From positions 433,060 to 497,059 of the forward strand of contig JACJVW010000001.1 of NCBI GenBank assembly GCA_020637435.1: a stretch of 64,000 nt of DNA, in the 5' to 3' direction. The notes beneath the pieces are model-generated. The model was not told the DNA's origin. It saw only the letters and a program-made list of their open reading frames with translations, and ran no database searches. The position numbers and the translations under genes were made by a program. This document shows positions 47,009 through 62,000 of the stretch, piece by piece (positions within the stretch are counted from its first letter, which is position 1; every line of letters begins with the position of its first letter). Origin of the DNA: Candidatus Woesearchaeota archaeon. GTDB taxonomy: Archaea > Nanobdellota > Nanobdellia > Woesearchaeales > JACJVW01.

Positions 47009-50000
47009 TGCGAAAAAGAGGTAACAATAAGACCCTCACGGTCATTTTGTTAGCTTTGCTTCTGACGATATTCACTATTTCTGCAGCTCCAAACATTGAC
47101 ATCAGGATCGACATGGCCACGGAGAACCGAAGCGTCGGCGATACTGTCCAGATAGGCATCTCCACCTACATCAATAATGTCATTGTACTTTCTTTGCCCG
47201 CCAAGGTATTCATCTCAGGCCCGGAAGGCTCATCCGAACTGGCGACCAGCGATACATTCAGAGGATTGCGCATAGGAAACTTCACTCCAACCCGTGCAGG
47301 AACATATACCATCACGGCCCAGGTCATCATCAATGGCCAACCGTATGAACAGTCAGACGAGGTCGAAGTGGCACAGCCACCTTATGCGTTCACCACAGAA
47401 TACCTGGTGAACGGTACTCTGCTACAGGCTCATATCACACAACCTGCAGACCGCACAGTAAGGATAAATCTGATCAGGGAATCGCAGATAATACCTTTAT
47501 GTGAAGCCGAGTGTGCCGCTGACTGCACATTTTCCTGCCCGCTCCCAGAACTAGACAGTGCCATCATACACCTGCAGACGCAGATTGACGCAGAACCGTA
47601 CCTCTACAGCACAACAGATATCGTAACTGCAGCTATGAAGAGTATCGAATGTGAATTCGTCGCCCCGAAATACGGACTCTACACAACAATACAACTCCCA
47701 CAAGAAGACCTTCTCGAAGCCTACATCACTGGCGACCGAACAGAGCAGATAACTGATGGAACGTTTACGACAGACGCACCCGGTGCATACACCCTAATGA
47801 TGCTGTATCTACAGGACAACACAACTGTTTCCTGCAGCAAGGACTTCACGGTCAGCGCTGACGGTGACGAAGCTCGTCTAAACTTGATCGATGACTATTT
47901 TGATCCTATCTACGCAAAGACCTATACCCTCTATAATATCGAAAAAGAAGGACATGCAAACATCTGCGATGAAGCATGGTATATTGATGATACAACGGTA
48001 CAGACCATCTCGTTTCCGGCCAACCTCTCCAGAGGTCAGCTCCTCTGCAAATCAGCTCCTGCCAATATGAGCAAGGCCGATGCTGAAACGTATGTAACCT
48101 TCCTTCGAAGCGGAGCCGCGACATTCTTCAACGTAGGCTTCAGCTCATTTGAATCGTACGCCTACATCCTCAAAGACTCAGTTGCGAAGGAGATACTTGG
48201 CCCCTACAACAAGACCATACATACGCAGAACTTCACCACCATAATCGGTCCGCCTGCTCTGTATGCGGTAGTGCACAAGAATATGGCAGAGTCGGAAACT
48301 GACTTAAGCGTGGGACCGGTACTGGTCATCCCAATGGAAGAGAATGCTTCCATAAGCTACATCAATGGCACTACCCTATTCATCCGGGAAAAGACAGCCC
48401 TGCAAAGAGAAGACATCTTCCAAAGCCAGGGAGTAAGATTTGTCCAAGAGTTGCAGCTAAAACCAAGGGAAGACACCATCACAGAGACAGACAAGCAGAT
48501 ACTCAGTGATGCGCAGACGATCGAACTCATCAGTCCAGAACTAAAGAAGATACATCTGCCCGCAGGCATCATACCCAAGGAGACTCCTCATGGCATGTAC
48601 ATGCTTCACGAGATCTTCTATGGCAACGCAAGCAGAGTAAGCAGGATAACTATCATAGGGACTGAAGCCAATCTGAGCATCAGCGAAGGCAAACAGAAGA
48701 ACGCGACAAAAGGCGATACAGTAAGATTCGTACATACGATCGTCAACTCGATAAGGGACGGTTCAGCCATCATTGAGGTGCAGATAGGAGACACTGCTGC
48801 GCAGGTAAGCGTAAACGTCATCGAAGGATCCATCGAAGTCCCCATCACTGATACGAACAACAACGGCATACCTGACTTAGGCATCATGTTGCCAGGAGAG
48901 GATAAAGAGATCCTGATTACAGCCATCGTCCCTAAGAATGCAAGCGCAGGAAATCACACTATCCCTATCACTGTGCAAGACCTGCAGCGAAGCATTGGAA
49001 ACACGGTCTATGATCTCATCCACGTAGAAGCTGACCTCTTCGAACCAGTCTACAGCAACGACCTTGACCTCTACGCTATCGAAGAGCATGAAGGACAATT
49101 GCAGATCCTTATTCAGAATAATTTCATGGATGAAAAAGAGGCTCAATTGACGTTGCACATAGGCAACAATAGCATTGTCGAGAATATAATCGTCCCAAAA
49201 GACAGCACATTCATGTTCACTTATCCTGTCGAGGATCTCTCCTCCAATGAGAAGATCGAAGCGGTGCTGACTGCATTTGGCGAATCGAACAAGAACAACA
49301 ACCAAAGAACATTCCTGCGTGCTCAGAGATGGACAGAAGACAGAAGTTATAGGAAGACATTGTACCTCACTGAGAAAGAGCATCAGGACCATGAACAGTA
49401 CAGATTCCGTGCATCTGCAGCTCGTGACGGCATGGATCTCTCATCCATCCGCCTTACCTACGCAACAGACACAACAGAAGGTATAGGTTATGCGTATCCA
49501 CTATTTTCTATCACCGCATACGATGAGAAGCAGGTCGACCTCATCATAGAGTTGAGTATGCTACCCAAGAACACGGTAGTTCCGTTATACATCTATTACG
49601 ATAAATCCGAAGCATCAATCCCCCCAAATACAAGCGCTCACCTGCCAGAGATCATCATCGACAACACCAATCGTACGGTGCAGATGAATGGGAGATGGGG
49701 TTCCGACTACGTCTCAAGAGAATACTATGGTTCAGGTTATCTTCATGATTTCGCAAGAGGCAAAGGAGAAAAATCTGTCATCTATGGCTTACAGGTACCT
49801 AAGTCCGACTATGAAGTCTACATGACGTATCCGACAGACCCTACGTTCTCAAAGCATGTACCTGTCTCAATAACAGGCACAGAGGGTACCCAGACTATCT
49901 ATATTGATCAAGACAGACGTCCACAGGATTGGACTTACCTTGGAGTATATGCCCTTGACAGCAACAGTCAGATTACTATCTCAAACGCAAAGACAGAAGG

Positions 50001-53000
50001 CCTCGTCGTAGCTGACGCATTCCGTCTTGTCCAAGTAGGGAGCTATGAACGATTCTCTGACGAAGAGAAATGGTTCATACCTGTACAAAAAAAGACCGAA
50101 TATATCTCTATCTTCGAAAACTCAACCCTCAAAATCAATACAACAGATATGACCAATATTACGGTGACCACCTCGATGCAGACAAACTACACCCTGGAGG
50201 AGAATAGCGTACTACTTGCTCCAATCTCAGATTTGACGGTGATGGTGCGAGGCAAAGTATGCAAAGTAAGTTGTTCATACAAAGAAAATACTTATGTCAT
50301 AGAAGTCATCAGGAAACAGTCACTTCTGCTCAAACCCTTCCCTTCGGTAAAGAAAGGCCAGGACGAGACAGAGGTACTCAATCTCTCTGCCTATCTGAGA
50401 CCCACAACACGCTTGCAGATAACAAATTCGACCATCAATGCATCCCTAAAAGAAAAAGTACTACACCTTGGACCCTCACCCGCCGGAGTCCATCGGATAA
50501 TTTTAATCGCGACAGATACCAATGTCACAGAACAGCTGCCGGCTTTGCTGGTGCAAGTCGCCCCTAAAGACACAGAGCAGACCATACAGGGCCACGCAGA
50601 GATAGGTCACCCGGTGCAATGGAAGAAGATAGTCATCAACGACACCACACAATTGCCTGTAGACGCAGCCAATATACGGGTAAACAACGGTAGCTCTTAC
50701 AGCTTTAGAGTGGACGAAAGGATCATAGATGCTCAGGAGATGGAGAAAGCAAAGGAAGATCGTGAGATTCTCAAAAAACTTAAAGCTTTCGAAGAGGAGA
50801 AACAGAACAGTAATTTCATAAGAGCGATGAGCATCAGCGTACAGAGTCTTGCTGCGCAGACACAAGTCCAGACAGACATAGACCTTACAAAAGTGCAGAA
50901 TACCACACTAGTGATGGAAGAGAATGCTACCTCATACATCATCGAATACACCACCCCCGCTCCAGACATTGCGATAAGGAGTGAAAGTGAAAAAGACTTC
51001 ACAAAGAAAAAAGATATTGTCGTCTTCAGTAATGTCACTTTCCACTACTACAATGTCACCTCCTACACTGATGTGGATGAATCCCTACCGGAACAGCTCC
51101 ACCTCTATTGGCATCGCCAGGAAGGTTCAGTCGATATCATCCATGACCCTCGATTGAAGGAACTTTTGGATGTGCAGCTCATCGACACAAATGCCAACGG
51201 ACTCATCGACAAAGTCCAGTGGCTCACCCCTCAACTTTCAGAACAGAATTTCTCGCTTGAGATAGACCTCACCATCCTCAATCTCCAGAGTTATCCGACC
51301 CTCTACAAGAATTGGACCGTCCTCTTCAACACTACTGGAACTGCCAACCTGACTATTTACACCCTCAACACCAGCTGGTCTGAATTCTACAACGACCTCT
51401 CCTCAACGCATGATGACCTCACCTTCCTCGATGTCAGATGTGGTGCCACCAGTAGATACGATGAGATCATCCTTCTGTTGGAGAATGGAAGTCAAAAATC
51501 TATTACAACAGTTGCTCCTACCGACCAGTTCGTAGTTGATGGCCTAAGAGTAGCTGATTGGAACTGCTCACAGACGGCAAGATGGGACAACCAGATTATC
51601 ACCACCGGTGTGCACATCCAGCGGTTTGAGTTCGGTAACGACATCCTGTATGCACGCAACTATGGTTTCCTTCTCTTTGAAACATTTGAATCCTATGCGA
51701 ACAACACAAATGCAACCGACTGGATAGACTATACTGACGACAGCCCGGTTACGCAGGGTGAGACCGCATTGACCTACGACAACGGCACGACGACCTCCAT
51801 AGTCATAGCCGCGGCCGCTGAAGAGTTCACAGAATACAACGGAACAGGAGCTCTGGCTTGGCATAGTTACGAAGTGAAAGGTGAACTTTGGATAGAGGGT
51901 AATACAAGTGGTAACTACGAGATCAATATCTATGCGTACAGCGATTTCAACGCGCCAGTTTCAAGAGACTATTATTCCCTGGAATTTATTCCATCCTACA
52001 CAGGAGGATTCAGGCTAAATGGCGACTCCAACACTTTCGTCATCAACAATCCAACCATCAACACCAGTGTCACCCCTCAATTTAACGTAACCTACTCTTT
52101 CAGATTCCTGGTCATGAACAATGGTGCGAACCGTGATCTTTACGCGATGATGTGGAAATCTAACGAGACAGAACCTTCATCATGGCAAGCACAGGCAAGA
52201 GATGTCCTGGCAGCAAACTCAGCGGGCACCATAGCATTCTCAGTCGCAAACGCCAAAGTGCACTTCGACAATATCATCGTGCAGAATGCGACCAGCATCC
52301 CGCAGATAACGATCATATCGCCACCTTACGGACCGCATGATGTCATAGACAATCTCTATTTCAACGTCAGCGTCGATAAGGACGCTGCAAACTGTAATGT
52401 CACTATCAATACGACATCCTACAATATGTCCCAGTGGAACACGACCCATTGGTATATGAACGTCACGCTCGGTGTCTATGGTACGCTTCCTGTTACCTTT
52501 TACTGTGAAGATGACTTTGGCAACAGCGGAAACAAATCGACTACCATCAGGCTCGGAACAAGTGCAATAACCATCCTTGCGCCGCTCAATGAGACGACAA
52601 CCGACTATACTCCATTGCTCAATGTCACCCTCAACGACACTTATGATGTATGGTACAGTCTTGACTATGGTGCGAACAGTTCCATAATACCTTCAGTGGA
52701 CAATTTCACCACCATCCTTGGCCCACTCAATCAGAGCCAGCACCTCATCTATGTTTACATTAATGACTCTGGTGTTATCGACTACACCTATGTGTACTTC
52801 TCCATAGATGTCCCGGTACCCAACGCCACCATGACGCTCTATGATGAAGGGATCAACCCCAGCGCCGCTGATGACCCTCTTGTAGACATTAAACTGCAAT
52901 CAATCTATGCGTACACCTACAGATATTCCTGCAACACAACAGCATGGACAGAATGGAGAACATGGACAGGTAATGGTTGTAGCGGTACCTGTGATTGGTA

Positions 53001-56000
53001 TGTCAATTTCAACCTCACCAACGCAAGCCTTGGCTGCAATGTGTCCGACGGTCCTAAATGGGTATACGCAGAGGTCCGTAACTACTTCAATGAGACAGGA
53101 TATGCCAATGACTCCATCAACATAGACCTAAGTCCGCCAAGGATAAACTTGACAACACCGCTGAATTATTCTCTTGCAACAACGCAAAAAGTAACCTTCG
53201 GTGTTAATGCATCAGACCACTACAGCAGCGTGCAGTACTGTCAGCTCTATGTTAATGGGTCTATCTGCGGAGGACTCATCTCCCCAATAGTAGATGATGT
53301 GATAAAAAATGTTACCAAGAACATCACGACCGACTGCAACTTTGTCGGAACAGGAGAGTATGTATGGAGAATGTACTGTAGGGATGACACCAACAGTCAC
53401 TGGTCAAACTACAGCGAGTACAGGACCTTGTTCGTGGATGTGGATGGCCCGGTCATCAACGCATCGTTAAGTACAAATAAGATAGGTTTCAATCAAAGCA
53501 TCCTCATCAACGCGACCATCACCGAACAATACAGCAATATCAGCAATGTCAGTGCTAATATCACCTATCCAAACGGAACTTCAAGACTATTTGCGATGAG
53601 CAATACTTCCTCCACAGATTATTACTACTACTTCACAGACACCTGGGGCGGAGGTTTATACCAGGTCCGCGTCCGCGCGAATGACACCGCCGGATGGAAA
53701 ACCACCTCGTCAGTGAAGCGATTCAATGTCAGCGTAAACGCATCAGTCTACATACGCACAGAACTCGGCATCTATGCACCGGGCATGCAGGTCAACCTGA
53801 CACAAAGGATGCCCGGTTGGATAGATGAGAATTGGTTATACCGATTACCCTTGGCAGTAACAGAAGAAAGCGGCACCGACCTGATACAGCACCAGATCAG
53901 GATAACATTGAACACTTCCGCGCTCATCACTGAAGGCAAAATGAATGCAGACTGTTCAGACATACGGTTCGGTACAGACAATGCATCATCCCTCTACTTC
54001 TGGCTGGAATCAGGATGTAACACCGACTACACCACTTATTGGGTGAAGATGGATGAGCTCGATGCGCTTGACACCAAAGCATTATACATGTACTATGGCA
54101 ATCCAACTGCGACGAACGCATCTAACGGTACAAGGGTATTCCAATGGTTCGATGACATGGAAACCTTCACCGGTTGGGTAGCAGAAGGCACAGGTAGCGT
54201 AGCCCAAAGCACGGCAAATGTCTACGAAAGGGCATACGCTCAGATTAAACAGACCAATTGCGATCCTGCAGGAGGTTCCAAGAATCTGGGTTTCACCCTC
54301 AACAGGACCAACTGGCTAGTGGAGTTCCATAGATACAGGGGTAGTGGTGACATCGCCTCATGTACAGTAGATAGGACTGGCGTTGAGACCGCAGCAGACA
54401 ACGGGTACAGCGGCGCCTTCCAGCACGGCGGTGGCTCGGACATATGGGTCGACCGAAGGACAGGCGGCGGTGCAACTGTTCTGGACAGTTCAAGCATCAT
54501 AGATATACTCGACACCTGGCATATTTCCCAGCTGCTGCTCACAGATGACGAGATAAGGCATGTCATTCTTGATACCAACTACACCATCGTGGAACAGACA
54601 CAGGCGATTGATACAACCTATACAACATTCGACCAGGTAGCTATCCGCGGTGGACGCCCATACTATATCGACATGATTAAGATTAGGAAATATGCAAGCG
54701 CAGAACCTACATTTACTATAGGAAGCGAACAGGGCGTCTTCGAAAACAGATCCCAGGTAAGTGGATCCGACAATTTCACCGCCTATTACTACCTCAGTGT
54801 CTATAATGAATCAGGAGGAAGCTTCCTCCTGGACAAGCACGTAGTAGAGTTCCTGGCAAACACGACTGAGCCGCTCCTGTTGCTTAACCCTATGTGGCTT
54901 GGTTACGGAGCATGGAATACCGGAGCATACTATGACGGCGTCTATCAGGCAAGAGCTACGCTTACCGACCCGAACAACAATACCCTTATCAACGAAGACG
55001 GAGAACTCCTTGAATCAAGATTCAACTTCACCATAGACAGGTATCCCGATATACTTGGCGCAGGCATCACTCCTACGTTCAACGGATGGGGAGAGTCCTT
55101 TACCTTGCAGGCAAATGTAACGTATCCGCTTCCTATAAATAGGGTCTGGGCCAACATCACCTGGGCTAACGGATCAGTACAGGTAGTCAATCTTCCTTTA
55201 GCAGAAGACATAACCTACGAAGCCACATTGACAGATATCTGGGATACCGGCCTGCACAGCATCCTCTTCGCATCAAACAATTCTGCAGGATATACTTCCA
55301 CTGAGGGTCCGTATGGATTCTCTATAAACGGCAACTCATCCATCACGCTTGCGACCGTCAAAGACCTGTACTACCCAAACAAAGTCATCGAGATTACTTC
55401 CCCCTACCAGTGGTGGAACACGTCATGGAGATACAGAGTCATCATCAACCTTGACCAAAAAGGCTATGACAGAGATGATATCTGGATGCGCCACAACATC
55501 AACATATCTGACATACTTGCTTCCTCGGGTGTAAGTGGAACACTCGATTACAATTCTCTTAGATTGGTCGAGTACACTGCCCAGGGTGGTGCAGCCACCT
55601 ACAATGGTACGCTGACCGATGATACGAAGTATCTCGTCCCCTTCGAAGTTGACCAACTCAAGGATTATGACAGTCTATACAACGCCAAGATCCATCTTGA
55701 ATGGATAGCGAACGGCACTACCGAATCTGCGATTTCCAGACAGTGGGCATTGTACTTCGAGATAGACGAGTCCAACACCGGTGTATTTTACAGTATTGAA
55801 CGACCGACTGAGTTCATAGGCTATCCTGGAACGACAAGTGAACACCTCTTCGCAGAAGTCTATGGTGATGGTACCTTTGGTGCTGAGACACTGATAGTGG
55901 ACCTCTTGGGTGATAACCAGATGTATGGAAGTGACCCTGTAGCAGATTTCGACAATGACGGAGATTTTGACATCCTTGTAGGTTACAGCGAAGATACAGG

Positions 56001-59000
56001 TCCCATTTTTGACTACCGTCTCTACGAGCAGATATTTGACAGTCCGCTTACCTTCATCAGCCAAGGTGTCATCTTCGACGGCCTAAACAATCAGTACTTT
56101 GAGGACTCGGTGACGGGTGACTGGAACGATGACGGATGGATGGATACTATCCTCGCTACAGACACTAACCGTCTATATGTCCTCCTCAATAACAAGACAG
56201 GCGGTTTCGAGCTTGGACCAGCCCTTTTTGGAGACCCCAACACCCGTGGCAAAGACGTGGGAGATTTCAACGAAGACGGATTGCAGGACTTCGCCTACAT
56301 GGAATCAGCAGGTATCCTCTATATTTACTTCTCAAATGGAGACGGAACATTCAGGATATACCAGGAAGGGTTCAGCAAATCTGCCCAGGCATGGTCCAAT
56401 TGCCTCGCCGTAGCTGACTTCGATAATGATGGTCATGATGACATAGTAGCAGGCGACAACAATGAGATATATTTCCTACAAGGTAATGGTCTGGGCAACT
56501 TCACAAGCCTGGGCAATGTGCTTAATATGGGGGCCACAAACTATGTTTCGTGCGACAATATTGATGCGGACAGAGACGGTAACCAGGACCTGGTCTTCTC
56601 CCTCTATGGTGAACAGCAACAAGACTACTACAAAGGTTACGGAAATGAGACTTTCACCTATTTCTCAACTTTCGGTAATCAGCAATCGATGGGTATAGAA
56701 GCCCCCGCATATCTTCCTACTGTAATATCACACTCGTCAAGAGCAGAAAAATATGCAAATTCCACAACACAGTCAAGGATCCTAAATACAGGAGCGGCCC
56801 CATTCAAAGGCTATCTCTTCACGCAGATAAGATTCTGGAATAGTTCAGATGTAGTCTGGGAACCTATCGCAACCATAATCAACGAATCAAATGCCTCTAC
56901 TGCAAGAGAGGTAGGCCGTGCATCTGCACTGAACATCAAAGATGCGTTCGACTCGTACAGTCGTTGGAATGTATCGAGTAATAAACTAGGTCAGTACCAA
57001 GTCGTCGTAGAATTCAGGCACCTTAATGGCAGCATTCATGTTATGGACGACGGAACTATGCTCAATATGACCTACAATTTCTCCGTAGAGCTTGATACCC
57101 TGGGACCCGACATACAGGAACTAAGGAAGAATCCATCTACAACGGGCTTTGGCCAGGAAGTTATCATTGAAGCCGTTCTTGAAGATGAAGGCAATGGAGT
57201 AGATAGTGCATGGATGAACATAACACGTCCGGACAATGTGTCTGCAATGTTCAACCTGACACAGATATCGACCAGCTTGTGGAGATACACCTACAATGAC
57301 ACCTGGATTTGGGGCAATTACAGCATCCAGTTCTACACCAACGACACTGGCGGTTACAATTCATCACTAAACTCATCCTTCTTTGTAAGAGGTTCAGTAC
57401 TCATGAACGCTACTACCGAGCAGCTTATCTACAATCCAAATCAGACGGTAAGGCTTACCAGCTCATTCAGCTGGTGGAACCAGACCTGGCACTACCGGGT
57501 ACCACTCATCATGGAATCAGCTGATTTCAACAGGTACAAATCGATCGTAGGTGGATACCTCAACTTTACGGAAAAACTTGCAGAATTGGATTGCGGCGCG
57601 ACCGCATGCTCAGGAGAGTTCATCAACAGCAGCTTGCGTGTCATAGAATATGGCACGGATGGTCAACCCATCATATATAACAGCAGCAAGACTGGGCAGG
57701 AAGCGTATACGATACCCTTCCTCTTTGACTATGAAGCCGGATACCAACGCATAACAAATGCATATGCAGACATCAGATTCAATGCTCCAGGCTTGACTGA
57801 CAGAGACGAAGAAAGGTACTTCATGATCTATTTCGATATCCTTGAGTTTGGCAGTAAGGCCATCTCCCAAAGGACAGATACGCTCATGCCCTCAGATGGA
57901 AGCATATTCTCCTTCATAGCGGTAAGTGATGATGATAATGATGTGTATGTCATAGAGAATTATCAGAATGGCACATGGGGTATCATCGATGACATAGGAG
58001 AGCCTTCAGGCACCAACAACCGCCGAGCCATCATCCAGGGAGATTTCGACAACGATGGTGATGAGGATATCATACTGGGAGTGCCGCAGAATGGTTTCGA
58101 AGTGTATTTCTACAATCATACGACTCCGGGAACCTTCGTAAATGAAGGGGTTATCGCAAACATAACTGATGGAAGCAGCGCAATCTCCATGGGTGGTGCA
58201 GTCGGTGACTTCAACGGCGACGGAAACCTGGACTTCGCCATGTCACCCAATGATATCTATTTTGATGTCTTCTTCGGCGACGGAAAAGCACAATTCATAC
58301 TTGACGCAACATACAATATCTGTGGAGCTAACGACGCCCGTGGGCAGGATGCAGCTGACGTGGATCTTGACGGTGACATAGACATAATTGCAGCTTGTAC
58401 GGGAAACCCTGATCTCTACATTTTGACCAACGATGGAACAGGAACATTCCTTGCTACCAGCCTTACCGTGACAAATGTGCTCAACGACCCTTACGGTCTT
58501 GCGGTTGCGGACTTCGACAACGACACCCTGCCAGACATAGTCGCATCCTACGGCGATACCGACACCATGTATTTTTACAAAGGTAACGGCGATGGAACAT
58601 TTAACAATGGCGGTGCGCTATCGATAACGACACAGGGTTCGTTCTATCCGGGGCTCGATGCATTCGATTTCGACAATGACGGCCTACAGGACCTTGTTGC
58701 TGCTGGCCGATTCCCAAACAATATCTACTACTTCAAAGGTGACGGCGATGGAACATTCACCTACATCAAGAGCATTGGCACAACAAGCGATGATACCTAT
58801 ACCGTGTCCGCGCCTATGGGTACAATCCCTTCATCCTTCAGAACATTGACTACAGAAGAGACGACCAACGTCACGACGCTCTCAAGTATCGTCAACGAGG
58901 GATCAACAGACCTCGGCGGATACCTCTGGGTAGGCATAGACTATCATAATGGCAGTGAATGGTCGCTCAATGACACCATCATTAATGACTTATCCATGTA

Positions 59001-62000
59001 CAATATGACGACCATAGCTCCAGGTGGACTACTTCTGATAAAAGACAGAGTGGAAAAAGCAGGCAATTGGTTCACAAACAGTAGCACCTATGGGTGGTAC
59101 AGATACAGGATCGAGCTCAGGGATATCTACGATAATCTCATCATCGGTGACAATGGTTCCGTTTGGTCAACCACAGCCCAGATCGCATTGAACACGACAG
59201 CGAACTTCTCGCTTGAACCCGATCTTGACGGACCGGATATCCTCTCCTTCGCTGTCAGTCCAAATACCACAGGTTATGGTGATACAGTCACCATTTCAGC
59301 ATTCCTAAGCGACCCCTCAGGTGTCAACAATGCGACAGTAAACTTGACATATCCCAATGGTACAGTGAAAACGCTGCAGCTCATAAATATTTCCAGCTAT
59401 CAGTGGCAGTATGTCTTTAATGATACCTGGAAACGTGGAACGCACAACTTCTCCCTAATCGCTGAAGATATCTACACCAATATCAATACTCAAAACACGA
59501 GCCTCGATATCCTCTCCAACCTTAGCATAGAGATTGCTACCTTGCAAGATACCTATCTGCCCGATCAGCTCGTTACGCTGACCAGTCCATTCTCGTGGTG
59601 GAACAGCACATGGACCTATCGTAAACAGGTTACTATGACTGCACAATCGTACCCTCGGCATAACGCTTACATTAAGCAGATCGTCAACCTGACCTATGAG
59701 CTTGAACAATTGGGCGTTACAGGAACCTTCGAGAACCAGAGCATACGGATAGTTGAATATAATGCCGTCACGGGTGAACCTAAGATATTCAACGGTTCAG
59801 CAAGTGAAAAGTACATAGTGCCGTACAAGCTTACTCTCAACAGCACGCACGATAGCATCAGTAATGCGGTGGTAGCCCTTGAATGGAATGCAAATGCGAC
59901 CACAGAAGCCAATCAGCAAAGAACATACTTCATCTACTATGACATACAGGAAAATTCTCAGAAGCCTGCAACAACATACCTAAGCACCGTCTACAACAGT
60001 CCATGCACAGAAGACTACGTCATCACCGGCGATGTGAACGGAGACCTTTACTATTTAAGATCCTACAGGAATGGGACCTTTGGTCCGCAATCATGGGTAG
60101 GCGATGATGACAGCAACAACTGGGGTATCGGAATCGCTGACTTCGACAACGATGGTGACTGTGACTTCGTCACCGGCGGCAATGATGGTTTCATTGACTA
60201 CTATGAAAAGACCGGTTCAGGAAATTCCTTCTCCGCTACAACGAACCTGCACTTTTTCAACGATGGGGGATACGGTATGGACATAGCCGTCGCTGACTAC
60301 GATAACGATGGTAACTATGACTTTGTAATCTCAGGCAACAACAATGTATTCACTGTTTTCCTTGGTGATGGGGACGGTACATTCACCTCATCTACCTTCA
60401 CAGGCTACGTCGAAGAAGGACGCGGTAAAGATGCCGGTGACATGAACAGAGACGGGTTCATGGACTTTGTCGCAGGCTATGACCTCGGTATGATTTTTGT
60501 CTACTACGGCAATGGAGACGGCACCTTCAATGAATCGGACATCAACTGGGACATAGGTAATACGGCATACGGAATCTCGGTAGCTGACCTTGACAAAGAT
60601 GGCAATCTTGATATCTGTGCTGCACAGAGCAACGGACAGATAAGATGCAGGTTCGGTGATGGTCAGGGTAACTTTGGAAATGAGATCATCACCGGCGCAG
60701 ATCCCGGAGACTACGCTCCGATGGATGCATGGGACATCAACCTTGACGGCTACATCGATATAGTTGCAAATTTCTATAGTAGTGAACAAGTCTTCGTCTA
60801 CTTCGGCAACGGAACAGGCTATCTTACCGCATCGGCATACAACCCGGTAGGTACAGCCATCGGCACGAACAGGATGGGTATCGCTGGCCCACTCATCAAA
60901 GACCCTGAATCTACAGTAACGTACCAAAGCGAGCTCAATGCAGAGAGTCCACTAAAGTCACGAGTACTCAATACTGGTTCCACATCATCAGGTTCATACA
61001 CTTTCATCACCATAGAATACTTCAACACTACAACCGGAACGTGGAACCACACGGCACACATAGTCAATGATCTTCAGAGCTACAGCATGAATAACCCTCT
61101 CGGCATCGGCGGATTGCTAAATTTGCAGGCAGAGTTCGCGACAGCTGGAGCCTGGAATACTTCTAGTTATACCAATGGTACATATCGCGTCCATGCTGAG
61201 CTTCGAAACTTGTACAATGAGACCCTCCATAACGACGATGGTTCAGCTGTCAATATAACCTACAACTTTACGCTTAAATATGACACAGACCCACCTGCAG
61301 TAGAATATCTAAACATCAATCCAGCAGAGACTGGATTCGGAAGCGACGTCATCGTGACCATAGACCTTGATGACGAAACAGGTGTCCACAATGTCTCTGC
61401 GAACATCACGTATCCAAACGGCACTCAATTCAGAGGGGATTTCGCTAAAAGGACGACAAAAAGATGGTCTTTCACCGCATCAGACCATTGGATTGTAGGC
61501 ACCTACAATGTCAGCATAAATTATAATGATACGCTTGGCTTTGCCAATCAGACCAACACCAGTTATCTCATCAATACGAGTATCAATCTGACCATCGCTA
61601 CAGAGCGCAACACGTACTTCGGAAATGAATCAGTTACATTGACCAGTCCATTTGTGTGGTGGAATACGTCCTGGAACTACAGGAACACCTTTACGGTCGA
61701 TCCAAGCCCTGCAGTCAGGCATGATGTCTATGTGCAGAAAATGTTCAACTTTACCGACCTGCTTACCCAGCTTGGCGGCAACGGTATCTTCGACCTAAAT
61801 TCCATACGCATAGTCCAGTACAACAGCGATGGCACGCCCAAAGTATTCAACGCATCCAGAAGCGGCGATGACAGATATAACATACCAGTCTCGTTTGCAC
61901 AGGCTTCCGGGTTCCACACCCAGACCAATGCGTATGGCAAGGTTGAGTTCATAATCAATGGTACGCTGACAGCGAACACGCAAAAGACCTATGCGATCTA

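Noticed and set aside
60388-60927. 179-aa minus-strand ORF inside giant gene 2
   Set aside because: Antisense shadow ORF of a Gly/Asp-rich FG-GAP coding region. The giant ORF frame is continuous here.
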